From Alphaproteobacteria bacterium (lineage in GTDB: Bacteria > Pseudomonadota > Alphaproteobacteria > Micavibrionales > Micavibrionaceae): 64,000 nt of DNA. Positions 18,251 to 28,373 of the stretch are shown in pieces. Each line of letters starts with the position of its first letter. The first letter of the stretch is position 1. The notes under the pieces are model-generated. The model worked only from the letters and a program-made list of their open reading frames with translations. It had not been told where the DNA came from and ran no database searches. Location: positions 3,325 through 67,324 of the forward strand of contig JAERIN010000005.1 of NCBI GenBank assembly GCA_016757515.1, given 5' to 3'. Position numbers and translations under genes: made by a program.

Positions 18251-19473
18251 GCACCCCTGCGGACACCCTGCACCCCAACCCCGCTGTGGCCACGCGCCTT
18301 GCGCATCTGTATGGCCTGGCCCGGAACCGAGCCGTGGACCTGGGCTTTCGCCCGCCGTACCTGCGCCTGTTGCGGGCCCTGGGTGACCCACACCTGCACC
18401 TCCCCCCTGTTGTGCACATAGCAGGAACGAATGGAAAGGGGTCCACCTTGGCGTTTCTGCGCGCAGCCCTGGAAGCCCATGGATATGCGGTGCACGCCTA
18501 CACCTCCCCACACCTCGTGCGCTTTAACGAACGTATCGTATTAAAAAACAAAACGATACATGATGACACGATATTGACCCTTTTTGACCGGGTCATGGCG
18601 GCGAACGCGGGCGCGGCGTTGACCTTTTTTGAGGCCACAACGGCCCTGGCGTTCCTGGCCTTTGCGCAGACGCCGTCGGACGTCGTGCTGCTAGAGACAG
18701 GCATGGGCGGGCGCCTGGACTGCACAAATGTGGTCCCGCGCCCGGCGGCGTGCGTCATCACCGCCATCGCGCTAGACCATGCGGAGCACCTGGGGGACAC
18801 GCTGGAGGCCATAGCCAGGGAAAAAGCCGGGATCATGAAGCCTGGCGTGCCCTGCGTCGTGGCGCGGCAAGAGGCGGCAAACGTTGTCAACCCGGTCTTG
18901 ATAGAGACCGCGGCGCGGGTGGAGGCGCCCCTGCACCTGCATGGGCGGGATTGGCAGGACACGGCCCAAGACGTGCCCGCCTTGCCCGGCGACCACCAAA
19001 GGGACAACGCGGCCACGGCGCGCCAGACCCTTTTGACCCTGTCTGACACGCTCAAAACAGATTCCGATACGATACGGTCAGCAATAGCCCAAACAACCTG
19101 GCCAGCGCGGCTGCAAAAACTTGATATTAAATGGGTTCCAAGCGGCTGGTCCGTCTGGCTGGACGGGGGGCACAACCTGGCCGCAGCGCAGGCCCTGGCC
19201 GCCTGGGTGACACACGAAGACACACTGCTGCACCTCATTGTGGGCATGAAGGCTGACAAGGACGCCCCCGGCTTCCTGGCCCCCTTGGCCCCCTGCGCGA
19301 CCAGCATACAGTATGCGACTCTGCCAGGCCCGCACCATGCGTTCCCGGGCATGCGCCCGTGGGACGACGCTTTGCGACACATTGTGACACACCATGACCC
19401 GCCCGCCCGCGTGCTTATCACCGGCTCTTTGTACCTGGCCGGGGAGGTGCTACGCTCGTGCCCACAACCATGA
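18247..19473 (+). CDS. folC: Folylpolyglutamate synthase / dihydrofolate synthase
   Basis: HIAGTNGKGST...YTSPHL..FNERI. GTGA overlap with accD, and the classic accD-folC pairing. Confidence 0.9.
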   Translation: MSTPADTLHPNPAVATRLAHLYGLARNRAVDLGFRPPYLRLLRALGDPHLHLPPVVHIAGTNGKGSTLAFLRAALEAHGYAVHAYTSPHLVRFNERIVLKNKTIHDDTILTLFDRVMAANAGAALTFFEATTALAFLAFAQTPSDVVLLETGMGGRLDCTNVVPRPAACVITAIALDHAEHLGDTLEAIAREKAGIMKPGVPCVVARQEAANVVNPVLIETAARVEAPLHLHGRDWQDTAQDVPALPGDHQRDNAATARQTLLTLSDTLKTDSDTIRSAIAQTTWPARLQKLDIKWVPSGWSVWLDGGHNLAAAQALAAWVTHEDTLLHLIVGMKADKDAPGFLAPLAPCATSIQYATLPGPHHAFPGMRPWDDALRHIVTHHDPPARVLITGSLYLAGEVLRSCPQP

Positions 19474-20159
19474 CCGCCCCCCTCATCGCCCTGGTGGACG
19501 ACGATCGGAACGTCCTGACCACCCTGGCCATCGCGCTGGAGGGCGCGGAGATGGCCACGCGGCGCTATACGAACGGCGTTGCGGCGCTGGAGGGCTTTGC
19601 AGTGCACGCGCCGGACCTGGCTGTCTTGGACATCAAAATGCCCCACATGGACGGTCTGACCCTGCTCCAGGAGATCCGCAAGACCTGGACCTTCCCAGTC
19701 CTTATGCTGACCTCAAAAGACGACGAGAGCGACGAGATCTTGGGCCTGCGCCTGGGCGCGGACGACTATGTGACCAAGCCCTTCTCCCCGCGCTTGCTCA
19801 TCGCGCGGATCCAGGCCTGCCTGCGCCGCCACGCCAGCCAAGGCACAGACGGAGACTGCCTCACGCGTGGACCCCTGACCCTGGACGACGCGCGGCACCA
19901 GTGCACCCTGCGCGGCCAGGCCGTGCCCCTGACGGTCACAGAATACCTGCTCTTGCGTGCCCTTGCGGCCCGTCCCGGCCATGTGCGCACCCGCGCGCAG
20001 ATGATCGACGCGGCCTACGGCGCGGGAACGTACATAGACGACCGCACCATAGACTCCCACATCAAGCGCATCCGCGCCAAGCTGAAGGCCGCACAGGCCG
20101 ACTTTGATGCCATAGAGACCCTCTATGGCTTGGGCTACCGCTACAAGGAGGGTGCATGA
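19470..20159 (+). CDS. chvI: OmpR-family response regulator ChvI
   Basis: IALVDDDRNVLTTLAIALE...DIKMPHMDG...LTSKDDESDEILGLRLGADDYVTKPFS...DDRTIDSHIKRIRAKL...IETLYGLGYRY. ATGA overlap with the folC stop. Confidence 0.88.
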   Translation: MTAPLIALVDDDRNVLTTLAIALEGAEMATRRYTNGVAALEGFAVHAPDLAVLDIKMPHMDGLTLLQEIRKTWTFPVLMLTSKDDESDEILGLRLGADDYVTKPFSPRLLIARIQACLRRHASQGTDGDCLTRGPLTLDDARHQCTLRGQAVPLTVTEYLLLRALAARPGHVRTRAQMIDAAYGAGTYIDDRTIDSHIKRIRAKLKAAQADFDAIETLYGLGYRYKEGA

Positions 20160-21616
20160 GCGGGGAGCGCTGGCTGCGCCTGACCGAGCTGTACTGGGGC
20201 GGGCCAAGGCCGCGCATCTCGGGCCTGACCCTGCGCATCATCGCCCTGAACGCCGCGACCCTGGCCCTGGTGGCCCTGGGGCTCTTGGCCCTGGCCCCCT
20301 ACCAAGACGTTATCGTGTCCGGGCGTCTGGAGGCGTTCAGCCACCTGGCCCTCTTATCCGCAGAATCCCTGGACCGCGACCCAGACTTGGCCCCCCGCCT
20401 GGCGCGCATCATAAACGCGCGCATAGAGATATTTGACCAAAACGGCCAACAGGTGGCCCGCGCCTGGCCCGCCGCACCCCGGACTGCTGCCCCACATGCG
20501 CGCAACGCGGGAGAGGTGGCCAAGGCGACTCTCGCGGCCCTGATCGCGTGGCTGCCCCGGCCCGGCCCGGTGCTCCCCCCCTGGCCCGAGGGGGGCTCGC
20601 CCGGCCTGCGCGAGGCGCTGAGCGGGCAAACTGTGCTGACGGCTTACGCGGCGCCCAAGGACGCAGAAGAAAAGATATACCTGGCCGTGGCCGCGCCTTT
20701 GCCCCGCGTGGGGGGGGCGGTGGTGATCACGGCCGGCGGGGCCGAGATAGAGGTCGCGCTGGGGCAATTCTGGGCCCGCCTCGCCCAGGCCTTTGGGGTC
20801 ACGCTTCTGGTTGCCGTGGCTCTGTCCATTGGCCTGGCGGGCGCGATTGCCCGACCCCTGCGGCACCTTGCGCGCGCTGCGGAGGCCGTGGCCGCAGGCA
20901 GGCGGGAGGCTGGGAGCATCCCGGACCTGGCCGCGCGGCGGGACGAGATTGGGGATCTGTCCTCGGCGCTGCGGGCCATGGCGGGGGGCTTGGCTGCGCG
21001 CGTGGACGCGAACGCCCGGTTTGCGGCGGACGTAGCGCATGAGCTGAAGAACCCCTTGGCGTCCGCGCGGGCGGCCCTGGAGATGCTGGACGGTGCGGCA
21101 CCGGCGCAGCGGGAGACACTTTTGGGCATCGTACGTGCGGACGTGGCCCGGATGGACCGGCGCGTGACGGACATCGCCCGCGCCTGCCGCCTGGAGGCCG
21201 CGCTGGCGGAAGCGGCGTTTGTGCCCGTTGACATCAAGGGCCTTCTGCCCGGCGCGCAGGCCCTGACGCCTGGGCCGTTTGTGGTGTCTGGGCAGGAGGG
21301 CCCCCTGGCCCGGGCGTTTGAAAACCTTGTGGCCAATGCGCACTCCTTTTCCGAGTCTGTGCAGGTGACGCTTGGTGTTGAGGGACACGAGGTTGTGGTC
21401 CGGGTGGCCGACCGGGGCCCTGGCCTGCCCCCCGGGCGGGAGGAGGCGATCTTTGACCGCTTTTACTCTGACCGCCGGGCGGAGGACGGCGTGCACTCTG
21501 GGCTGGGCCTTGCCATTGTGCGGGAGATTGTCCGCGTCCACGGCGGGAGTGTCACGGGGGCGAACCGCGCGGACGGGCCAGGGGCCGTGTTCACCGTCCG
21601 TCTGCCCCGCTTGTGA
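20156..21616 (+). CDS. chvG: Sensor histidine kinase ChvG/ExoS-like
   Basis: ATGA overlap with chvI. HAMP domain. H-box [15 protein letters not shown]. HATPase motifs DRGPGLP and GLGLAIV. Confidence 0.85.
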   Translation: MSGERWLRLTELYWGGPRPRISGLTLRIIALNAATLALVALGLLALAPYQDVIVSGRLEAFSHLALLSAESLDRDPDLAPRLARIINARIEIFDQNGQQVARAWPAAPRTAAPHARNAGEVAKATLAALIAWLPRPGPVLPPWPEGGSPGLREALSGQTVLTAYAAPKDAEEKIYLAVAAPLPRVGGAVVITAGGAEIEVALGQFWARLAQAFGVTLLVAVALSIGLAGAIARPLRHLARAAEAVAAGRREAGSIPDLAARRDEIGDLSSALRAMAGGLAARVDANARFAADVAHELKNPLASARAALEMLDGAAPAQRETLLGIVRADVARMDRRVTDIARACRLEAALAEAAFVPVDIKGLLPGAQALTPGPFVVSGQEGPLARAFENLVANAHSFSESVQVTLGVEGHEVVVRVADRGPGLPPGREEAIFDRFYSDRRAEDGVHSGLGLAIVREIVRVHGGSVTGANRADGPGAVFTVRLPRL

Positions 21617-21965
21617 CGCTTATGGGCGCGTTGCCATGTCCCATCAGCACGATGGTGGGCGCGTGCGCCGGCGCGGCCTCTGCCGGCAGGGCGCAATAGG
21701 CGCAGATGATGACAAGGTCCCCCTTTTGGGCCAGGCGCGCGGCGGCCCCGTTGATGCCGATGATCCCGCTGCCTGCGGCGCCCGCAATCACATAGGTCGT
21801 GAACCGCGCCCCCGTGTTGATGTTCAAAACGTCCACCTGCTCATGCGGGAAGAGGCCCGCGCGGGCCATCAGGTCCGCGTCCACGGTGATAGAGCCCTCG
21901 TAGTGTAGGTCGCACTGCGTGACGGTGGCGCGGTGGATTTTGGCTTTCAGAAGGGTGATCTGCAT
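21591..21965 (-). CDS. panD: Aspartate 1-decarboxylase
   Basis: [29 protein letters not shown] (processing-site GS). The track ORF was trimmed to this ATG. The 3' end overlaps chvG by 26 nt (convergent). Confidence 0.92.
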   Translation of the reverse strand: MQITLLKAKIHRATVTQCDLHYEGSITVDADLMARAGLFPHEQVDVLNINTGARFTTYVIAGAAGSGIIGINGAAARLAQKGDLVIICAYCALPAEAAPAHAPTIVLMGHGNAPISVTSGADGR

Positions 21966-22037
21966 GGCCGTCTTGTCCTGTTGTGGGCCCGAGGGGTAAA
22001 AGCTTAAGCTGCACAGACCGAAAAGGAAAGCGTCGCC

Positions 22038-22403
22038 ATGGACAAAACCTATGATAGCGCCAATGTTTTTGCGCGGATCTTGCGGGGGGAGGTGCCCTGC
22101 ACGCGCGTGTATGAGGACGGGTACGCCCTGGCCTTCCCGGACATCGCGCCCCGGGCTCCGGCGCACATCTTGGTCATCCCAAAGGGGCCGTACACGGACG
22201 TGGCGGACTTTTCCGCGCGGGCCACGGCGGCGGAGATTGAGGGCTTCTGGCGCGCGGTGGCCAAGGTTGCCCAGGAGCAGGGGCTGGACGCCTTTCGCCT
22301 TATCGCCAATACGGGGGCCGCAGCGGGGCAGGAGGTCGGCCACTTCCATGTCCACCTCCTCGCGGGCAGGCCCCTGGGCCCCATGGTGTCCGGGGCGCTA
22401 TAG
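22038..22403 (+). CDS. HIT (histidine triad) family protein
   Basis: [17 protein letters not shown]...HILVIPK...[14 protein letters not shown]. Confidence 0.9.
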   Translation: MDKTYDSANVFARILRGEVPCTRVYEDGYALAFPDIAPRAPAHILVIPKGPYTDVADFSARATAAEIEGFWRAVAKVAQEQGLDAFRLIANTGAAAGQEVGHFHVHLLAGRPLGPMVSGAL

Positions 22404-23762
22404 GGCTGCCTCCGTCTCCGCCTCCGGCGCGGGCCGCGCGATGGCCAGGGCCCGCAGGAGGTCCACCGCGCGGATAAGCTGATAGTCCTGCTTGGCGGCC
22501 TCTGCTGCGGCCTCCTCCGGGGTCTTGACCTCATTCGCCTCCGGCGCCTCCTTGGCCACGTCTCCGTTCGGGTTGGCCAGCGCGCCCTTAAGGTCCGCCT
22601 CCCGCCACCCGTCGCTCTCCAGGGGCGCAATCCGCGCCGGCTCCACCGTGATGTCTGGCTCTATCCCCGTGGCCTGGATGGACCGGCCCGAGGGGGTGTA
22701 GTACCGCGCGGTGGTCAGGCGCATGGCCCCTTGCCCCGGCCCCAGGGGCATGAGGGTCTGGACAGACCCCTTGCCAAAGGACGTCGTGCCCATCACCACG
22801 GCCCGCCCGTGGTCTTGCAGCGCCCCGGCCACAATCTCCGCCGCGCTCGCCGTGCCCGCGTTGATCAAGACCACCATGGGCAGGCCGCCCGCCAGGTCCC
22901 CTGGCCCGGCGTTCTCCCGCGTAGCCCGGTCCTCGTCCCGGCCACGGGTGGAGACAATCTCTCCCCGCTCCAGGAACACATCCGCGGCCCCAATGGCCCC
23001 GTCCAGGACCCCGCCGGGGTTGGTCCGCAGGTCCAGGACATAGCCTATCAGGGGCCTTTCCCCGGTCTCCTCGCTCAGCGCGGACAGGGCCTCGGCCACC
23101 TCCCCAGCGGTCTTTTGGTTAAAGCTGGAAATGCGGATATAGCCCACGTTGCCCTCTTCTATTCGGTGGCGGACAGTGTGGATGGGGATGGTCTCCCGCG
23201 TGAGGGTGAGCACCTTCGGCTCCGCTCCCTCCCGCGCGACGCGTATCTCAATCGGCGCGCCCACGGCCCCGCGCATCAGGTCCACGGCCTCGTCCAGACT
23301 CATGCCCATCACGGGCTTGCCGTCTATCTCCACGATGTAATCCCCAGGCAGGATGCCCGCCCGCGCTGCCGGGGTCTCATCAATCGGGGCCACGACCTGC
23401 ACCAGGCCGTTGTCCATGGTCACTTGGATGCCCAGGCCGCCGAACTCCCCCGTCGCCTGCGTGCTGAGGTCCTTAAAGTCCTCCGCGTTCATATAGCCTG
23501 AGTGCGGGTCCAGCTCAGAGAGCATCCCGTTCAGGGCGTGCTCTATCAGGGCCTTGTCCTCCACCTCGTCCACATACGCCGCGCGGGTGCGCTCAAACAC
23601 CTCCCCGAACAGGTTCAGGGCGCGATAGGTGGCCGCGTTCTCCTCCGCTGGTTGCTCGGGTGTTGGCGGCGTGGGGGGTGTGGGGTCCTCCGCCGGCGCG
23701 GGCGGGGCCAGGCCAAGCACTATGACGGCAAGGAGGAGGGCGGTGCGGCGAAGGGTCATCAT
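22398..23762 (-). CDS. ctpA: Carboxy-terminal processing protease (S41)
   Basis: Signal peptide. PDZ region (GGLGIQV...PAARAGILPGDYIVEIDG). GTASAAEIVAGALQD...GTTSFGKGSVQT. Confidence 0.92.
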   Translation of the reverse strand: MMTLRRTALLLAVIVLGLAPPAPAEDPTPPTPPTPEQPAEENAATYRALNLFGEVFERTRAAYVDEVEDKALIEHALNGMLSELDPHSGYMNAEDFKDLSTQATGEFGGLGIQVTMDNGLVQVVAPIDETPAARAGILPGDYIVEIDGKPVMGMSLDEAVDLMRGAVGAPIEIRVAREGAEPKVLTLTRETIPIHTVRHRIEEGNVGYIRISSFNQKTAGEVAEALSALSEETGERPLIGYVLDLRTNPGGVLDGAIGAADVFLERGEIVSTRGRDEDRATRENAGPGDLAGGLPMVVLINAGTASAAEIVAGALQDHGRAVVMGTTSFGKGSVQTLMPLGPGQGAMRLTTARYYTPSGRSIQATGIEPDITVEPARIAPLESDGWREADLKGALANPNGDVAKEAPEANEVKTPEEAAAEAAKQDYQLIRAVDLLRALAIARPAPEAETEAAL

Positions 23763-23853
23763 GGGGGACGGAGCCTAACACGCGGGCCGCCGGCGCCGCA
23801 ATCGGCCACGCTGCGGGCCTATGATTTTGCTTAATATATTAGGATGCGGCTGC

Positions 23854-24051
23854 AAAATGGTGGCTGGGCGGCGGCCCGGCGGTAGCACAGCGGTGGCGGT
23901 GCGGTATCTGGGCGGTAGCACAGTGGTATCTAGGCGGTAGCACGGCGGTAGCAGTTTTGGGCTGCTTCGTGCCGGGGAGGCCCTGCCCACTGTTTTGATT
24001 ATAAACTATTTTTTGGCGCGCGGGGCGGGAAGGTATGCTGCGGTGCAGCAC
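23854..24051 (-). repeat. Intergenic repeat element, copy A, with an internal 11-bp-period tandem array (23867-23954)
   Basis: Its reverse complement aligns with 53309-53497. Shared blocks: TGCTGCGGTGC.GCA, GCGCC.AAAAAT, GTGCTACCGCC, CCGCCCAGATACC, CCGCCCAG.CACCATTTT. Plus-strand 11-mer registers at 23867, 878, 889, 900, 911, 922, 933 and 944. Consensus GGCGGTAGCAC. Confidence 0.85.
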
Positions 24052-24056
24052 GTGAT

Positions 24057-25085
24057 TTACAGGGGCTTGCCCACCTTCTCCGCCGGGTCCAGGGGGCGTG
24101 CCCCCTTGCGGAGCTCAAAGTACATCTGCCCGGTTGGGGGCAGGGTCCCCACGGGCTCCCCACCCGCCACGGCCTGCCCCGGCACGGCGGTGATCTCCCC
24201 CAGCCCCGCAAGGAGGGAGTGGTGGCCGCGCGCGTGCTCCACGATGAGCAGGTTCCCGTAGGCGCCAAAGGGTCCCGCGAAGCGGACCACGCCCTGCGCG
24301 GGGGCTGTCACCACCCCGCCCGCACGTCCAGAGAGGGTAAGGCCCTGCGCGGGGGCATCCAGCGCATCCGCCGCGCCGAAGGGGGCGACGATGGTGCCCG
24401 CAACGGGCAGGGCCAGCCTCCCCCCTCCACCCGCAGAGGCGGGGGCGTGGCTGAGGTGCCCCAGCAGGGTCTCAAAGTCCTGCGCCGCACGCGCCGCACG
24501 TGCCGCCTCCGCCTCCGCCGCCGCGTACTCCGCCTCCAGGCTCTCCAGCGCCGCCCGCCGCTGCGCCTCCACGGCCTTCAGAGCCTCGGCCTGCTCCCTG
24601 AGGGCCAGCGCGTCCGCCTCCGCCTCCGCCCGCGCGTCCTGCGCCGCCGCCTCCAGCGCGGCCAGCGCCTCCATCTGGGCGCGCAGGTGCGTGACCTGCG
24701 CCCGCGCCTCCCGCGTGAGGGCGGCCAGGGCCTGCCCCGCGCGCGCCGCCTCCAGCGCCCGCTCCGGTGGCACGGCCAAAAGGGCCCCCTCCGGCACCCG
24801 CCCCAGGCGCGCCAGGGCCGCCAAAAGGGGCGCCATCTCGGCCCGCGCGGCCCTGACCTGCGCTCGTAGCCCCCCGCGCTGCGCCTCCAGGTCCGCGCTG
24901 CGGCGCTCCGCGTCCAAGACCGCCGCCTCGGCGGCCTGCACCCGCGCCGCCAGGGCCACAGCCTGCCCCCGCGTGCCCTCAAAAACCGCCCGCGCGGCCG
25001 CCACCTCCCCCGCGTCCTGGGCCGGGGCAGGGGCCGCGAGGCACAGCAGGGCAGCGCAGGCCCAGGCGAGCCCCCGGCTTTTCAT
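24057..25085 (-). CDS. EnvC-like murein hydrolase activator (coiled coil plus LytM/M23 domain)
   Basis: Signal peptide, long Ala/Glu/Arg coiled coil, and C-terminal FGAYGNLLIVEHARGHHSLLAGL...GQMYFELRKG. Classic envC-ctpA pairing. Confidence 0.85.
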   Translation of the reverse strand: MKSRGLAWACAALLCLAAPAPAQDAGEVAAARAVFEGTRGQAVALAARVQAAEAAVLDAERRSADLEAQRGGLRAQVRAARAEMAPLLAALARLGRVPEGALLAVPPERALEAARAGQALAALTREARAQVTHLRAQMEALAALEAAAQDARAEAEADALALREQAEALKAVEAQRRAALESLEAEYAAAEAEAARAARAAQDFETLLGHLSHAPASAGGGGRLALPVAGTIVAPFGAADALDAPAQGLTLSGRAGGVVTAPAQGVVRFAGPFGAYGNLLIVEHARGHHSLLAGLGEITAVPGQAVAGGEPVGTLPPTGQMYFELRKGARPLDPAEKVGKPL

Positions 25086-25153
25086 GGGCGTGCGGGGCGG
25101 GCGGTCATCCGACGCAGGCTACGGCACGCCGGCGGGCGCTGCCAAGTGCCGCG

Positions 25154-26467
25154 TCACGACCGGCGGGCCACGGTGTGCGCCAGGATGGCCATGAGCAGGC
25201 CCAGGACGAAGTACCCCGCCAGGACATTGAGCATAAGGACCCACTGCCCCACGAGGGAGGTGGGCCGGATCACGTCCGTGAAGCCCAGGGTGGAGAACGA
25301 CACCGCCGCCGCGTAGTACGGGGTGAACCAATTGCACACGCCCACGTTCGCCCCGCCGGGGGATTCTATGTACTCCACATGCGCGCCTGGGCGGGCCATG
25401 GCCCCCGTCGGGCACACCCCGCCCGCCACCGGGGCCCAGGCGGTGTAGAGGAAACCGAATACCCCCACGAGGAGCACGGACAGCGCCACCACGCGCCACA
25501 GGCTCCGGCCGTAGTCCAGGAACGCCCAGGGCCACAGGAGCAGCGCGCGATTCGGGTTCCACCACGGCGTGCGCCAGGCCGCGCGCTTTTTGTCTATGTA
25601 GTCCTGGTCCATCGCGTCGCGGCGGAAGTCCGCATCGCCATAGCACTCCGCCGCGTTGATGCCCAGATACTTGCCGTGCAGGCCGCTGCGCCCATAGGTC
25701 TTATGCTGCGTTATCCTCATGCGCACCCTGTGCACCAAACGGTTGAGGGCCCGGCACCGGAAACAGCGGCGCAGCGCGGTCAGGCCCCGGCGCACGGGCC
25801 GTCGCGCCCTGGGCATGCGCCGCGCCACGCGGTAGAGCCACAGCCACAGGCCAGGCAGGAGATAAAACGGCACCTTGCCCACAATGGGGTCGCCGAACCG
25901 GCGCATGTACCTGATGCCCATCACCTTCGCGCCCTGCAAGTTCGCCCCGCGCATGTCTGCGCCCACGATGGACACCCCTGATAGGTCGGCGTTTGATAGG
26001 TCGGCGTGAGAGAGGTCGGCGCCATCCAGATGAGCCTTCATGAGGAGCGCACCTTCCAGGTTAGCTGCGCGAAGGCTTGCGCCCTCCAGGTGGGCACATA
26101 TGAGTTGTGCGCCCTCCAGTTGGGCACCCATGAGGCCTGCGCCCTCCAGGTGGGCAAACATGAGGTCTGCGCCCTCGAGATGAGTGTGCAAGAGGTTCAC
26201 ACTCTCCAGGTGGACGTCACAGAGCCCTGAGCCCCTGAGGTCAAAGCCTTCAAGGAGGATGGTGTCTTTTTCAGGGTCTAGGACACCCCTAGTCCACTCG
26301 GGCGGCCTCCCCCAAATCTCCGTCCCTGCAAACTCCTCTGCGTTGGTAAAGTCCACACCCTCAAAATTGGGCACGATGTCGGGGTTGTCCTTGCGCCACT
26401 GGTTCCACCTCTTCTGCCCCCGCTTGAGGATCGCCACGAACTCCTGCGGCGTTTTGGGCGCGTCCAT
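25154..26467 (-). CDS. Pentapeptide-repeat protein fused to a two-TM ion-channel pore domain
   Basis: Repeats THLEGADLMF AHLEGAGLMG AQLEGAQLIC AHLEGASLRA ANLEGALLMK AHLDGADLSH ADLSNADLSG. The C-terminal TM-pore-TM region has the filter-like sequence AVSFSTLGFTD. Confidence 0.75.
   Translation of the reverse strand: MDAPKTPQEFVAILKRGQKRWNQWRKDNPDIVPNFEGVDFTNAEEFAGTEIWGRPPEWTRGVLDPEKDTILLEGFDLRGSGLCDVHLESVNLLHTHLEGADLMFAHLEGAGLMGAQLEGAQLICAHLEGASLRAANLEGALLMKAHLDGADLSHADLSNADLSGVSIVGADMRGANLQGAKVMGIRYMRRFGDPIVGKVPFYLLPGLWLWLYRVARRMPRARRPVRRGLTALRRCFRCRALNRLVHRVRMRITQHKTYGRSGLHGKYLGINAAECYGDADFRRDAMDQDYIDKKRAAWRTPWWNPNRALLLWPWAFLDYGRSLWRVVALSVLLVGVFGFLYTAWAPVAGGVCPTGAMARPGAHVEYIESPGGANVGVCNWFTPYYAAAVSFSTLGFTDVIRPTSLVGQWVLMLNVLAGYFVLGLLMAILAHTVARRS
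26048..26197. repeat. 30-bp tandem DNA repeats encoding the pentapeptide units
   Basis: TGCGCCCTCCAGGTGGGCA..CATGAGG.. is repeated head to tail four to five times (units start at 26078, 26108, 26138 and 26168). Confidence 0.85.
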
Positions 26468-26473
26468 GCGGGC

Positions 26474-27031
26474 CTAGACCGTGGTGATGTCTTTTTCCTT
26501 CGCGGCCAGGGCCTTGTCCACCTCCGCCACGGCGGCGTCTGTCAGGTCCTGTATCTCCCCCTCCAGGCGCTTTTGGTCGTCCTCAGAGATCGCCTTGGCC
26601 TTCTGCGCGGCCTTCACGGCCTCCATGGCGTCCCGCCGCACGCCGCGGATGGCCACGCGCGCGGCCTCGGCGTACTTGCCGGCGACCTTCACCAGCTCCG
26701 CCCGGCGCTCCGCGTTCAGGTCCGGCACAGGGATGCGGATGAGGGCCCCGTCCGGCTGCGGGTTCAGGCCCAGGCCCGCGTCGGATATGGCCTTCTCCAC
26801 GGCCTTGACTAGGCCCGCGTCCCACACCTGGACGGTGAGCAGGCGCGCCTCGGGCGCGGAGACGGTGCCCACCTGTGCCAGCGGCATGATGGCGCCGTAG
26901 GCGTGGACCTGCACCGGGTCCAGGATGCGCACATTCGCGCGGCCCGTGCTGAGGCCCCCCAGCTCCCGCGCGAGGGCCTCCACGGCCTTGTCCATGCGCG
27001 CCTTTACGTCCTTCTTGTCGTAGTCCTCCAT
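26474..27031 (-). CDS. frr: Ribosome recycling factor
   Basis: MEDYDKKDVKARMDKAVEALARELGGLSTGRAN...GLNPQPDG..IRIPVPDLNAERR. AGGGAGGG SD. Start trimmed from the track ORF. Confidence 0.95.
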   Translation of the reverse strand: MEDYDKKDVKARMDKAVEALARELGGLSTGRANVRILDPVQVHAYGAIMPLAQVGTVSAPEARLLTVQVWDAGLVKAVEKAISDAGLGLNPQPDGALIRIPVPDLNAERRAELVKVAGKYAEAARVAIRGVRRDAMEAVKAAQKAKAISEDDQKRLEGEIQDLTDAAVAEVDKALAAKEKDITTV

Positions 27032-27110
27032 CGCCCGGCCCTCCCTTTTTGGTGAACAGGGGGCAGAGCGTAGACCACCCCGCAAGGCGCGGCAAGGGCT
27101 GGGGCGGCTG

Positions 27111-28175
27111 TCACACCTCCGCCGACATAAGGCGCGCGGCCTGGTCCTCGGCCTGGAGGGCCTCCACCACCTCGCCCAGCGCCTCGCCGGCCAGCACGGC
27201 CTCCAGCTTGTACAGGGTCAGGCCAATGCGGTGGTCCGTGACGCGCCCCTGGGGGAAGTTGTAGGTGCGGATGCGCTCGGACCGGTCGCCGGAGCCCACC
27301 TGGGCCTTCCGGTCCGCCGCGCGCTCCGCCGCCGCCGCCTGCCGCTGCGCGTCGTATATGCGCGTGCGGAGCATCTTCATGGCCTTGGCGCGGTTCTTGT
27401 GTTGACTGCGCTCCTCTTGCATCTCCACGACGATCCCGGTGGGGATGTGCGTGATGCGCACCGCGCTGTCCGTGGTGTTTACGTGCTGCCCGCCGGCTCC
27501 TTGCGAGCGGTAGGTGTCTATGCGCAGGTCGTCTGGGTGTATCTGCACGTCCACCTCCTCCGCCTCGGGCAGGACGGCCACCGTGGCCGCCGAGGTGTGG
27601 ATGCGCCCCTGCGCCTCCGTCTTGGGTACCCGCTGCACCCGGTGCACCCCGCTCTCGTACTTCAGGTGCGCGTAGACGTCCCGACCGCTCACCTCCGCCA
27701 CCACCTCGCGGTAGCCCTCCAGGTCGCTCTGGGCCGCGCGGACCACCTCCACGCGCCAGCCCTGCTGCGCGGCGTAGCCCTCGTACATCGCAAACAGGTC
27801 CGCCGCGAACAGGGCCGCCTCCGCGCCGCCGGTCCCGGCGCGTATCTCCAGGATGACATTCTTTGTGTCTGCCGCGTCCTTCGGGAGTAGGGCCACCTGT
27901 ATCGCGTGCTCCAGCTCTGGGATCCGGGCGTTCACCGCGTGCAGGTCGTCCTCCGCCATGGCCCGCATCTCCGGGTCGGCCAGCATCTCCTCCAGGTCCG
28001 CCTTCTCCCGCAGCGCGGCCTCGTACGCGGTGAAGGTGGCCACGACGGGCTCCAGCGCGGCGTACTCCGTGGCCAGGCGGGCGTAGTCCTCCCCGGCCAG
28101 GCCCGCCTCGCCCATCTGCGCGGCCAGGGCCCCGGCGCGGTCGCGTATCGCGGACAGCTTTTCGGTCAAAGACAT
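27111..28175 (-). CDS. prfA: Peptide chain release factor 1
   Basis: [12 protein letters not shown] (RF1 PxT region), [20 protein letters not shown] (GGQ). Start trimmed to MSLTEKL. Confidence 0.95.
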   Translation of the reverse strand: MSLTEKLSAIRDRAGALAAQMGEAGLAGEDYARLATEYAALEPVVATFTAYEAALREKADLEEMLADPEMRAMAEDDLHAVNARIPELEHAIQVALLPKDAADTKNVILEIRAGTGGAEAALFAADLFAMYEGYAAQQGWRVEVVRAAQSDLEGYREVVAEVSGRDVYAHLKYESGVHRVQRVPKTEAQGRIHTSAATVAVLPEAEEVDVQIHPDDLRIDTYRSQGAGGQHVNTTDSAVRITHIPTGIVVEMQEERSQHKNRAKAMKMLRTRIYDAQRQAAAAERAADRKAQVGSGDRSERIRTYNFPQGRVTDHRIGLTLYKLEAVLAGEALGEVVEALQAEDQAARLMSAEV

Positions 28176-28285
28176 GGGGGCCGTGTATACCACTCCCCTG
28201 CGCGGGGGGCGAGGGGGCAGGCGTGCTTGCTGCGGCGCAGCGCGGATTTTGGGTGCATATTTGTGGATATAGGCACCGAAAAGAT

Positions 28286-28313
28286 TTGACGCGCCGAGCG
28301 GGAGAGGTATAGC
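28286..28313 (+). promoter_or_regulatory. sigma70-like promoter candidate, antisense to both flanking genes
   Basis: TTGACG (28286-91), 16-nt spacer, TATAGC (28308-13). Confidence 0.3.
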
Positions 28314-28373
28314 GTCCGGGGCTGTGGCGCTGAGACCGCCGCGTTTGGGCAACAGCAAAAAGGAGGACTGGGG

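Noticed and set aside
23867-23954. CRISPR array
   Set aside because: The repeat unit is 11 bp with no spacers, and no cas genes are present. No CRISPR-like structure occurs anywhere in the window.
23839-24051. Small ORFs inside the two repeat-element copies (70 aa on the minus strand here, 101 aa on the plus strand at 53309..53614) that both begin M-x-HRS and share KIVY and PPRY strings
   Set aside because: The peptide similarity follows from the DNA similarity without indels. Neither ORF has an SD. The differences are not biased toward synonymous sites, and the 11-bp period is incompatible with a codon-based repeat. I treat the region as non-coding, although a conserved micro-ORF is not fully excluded.
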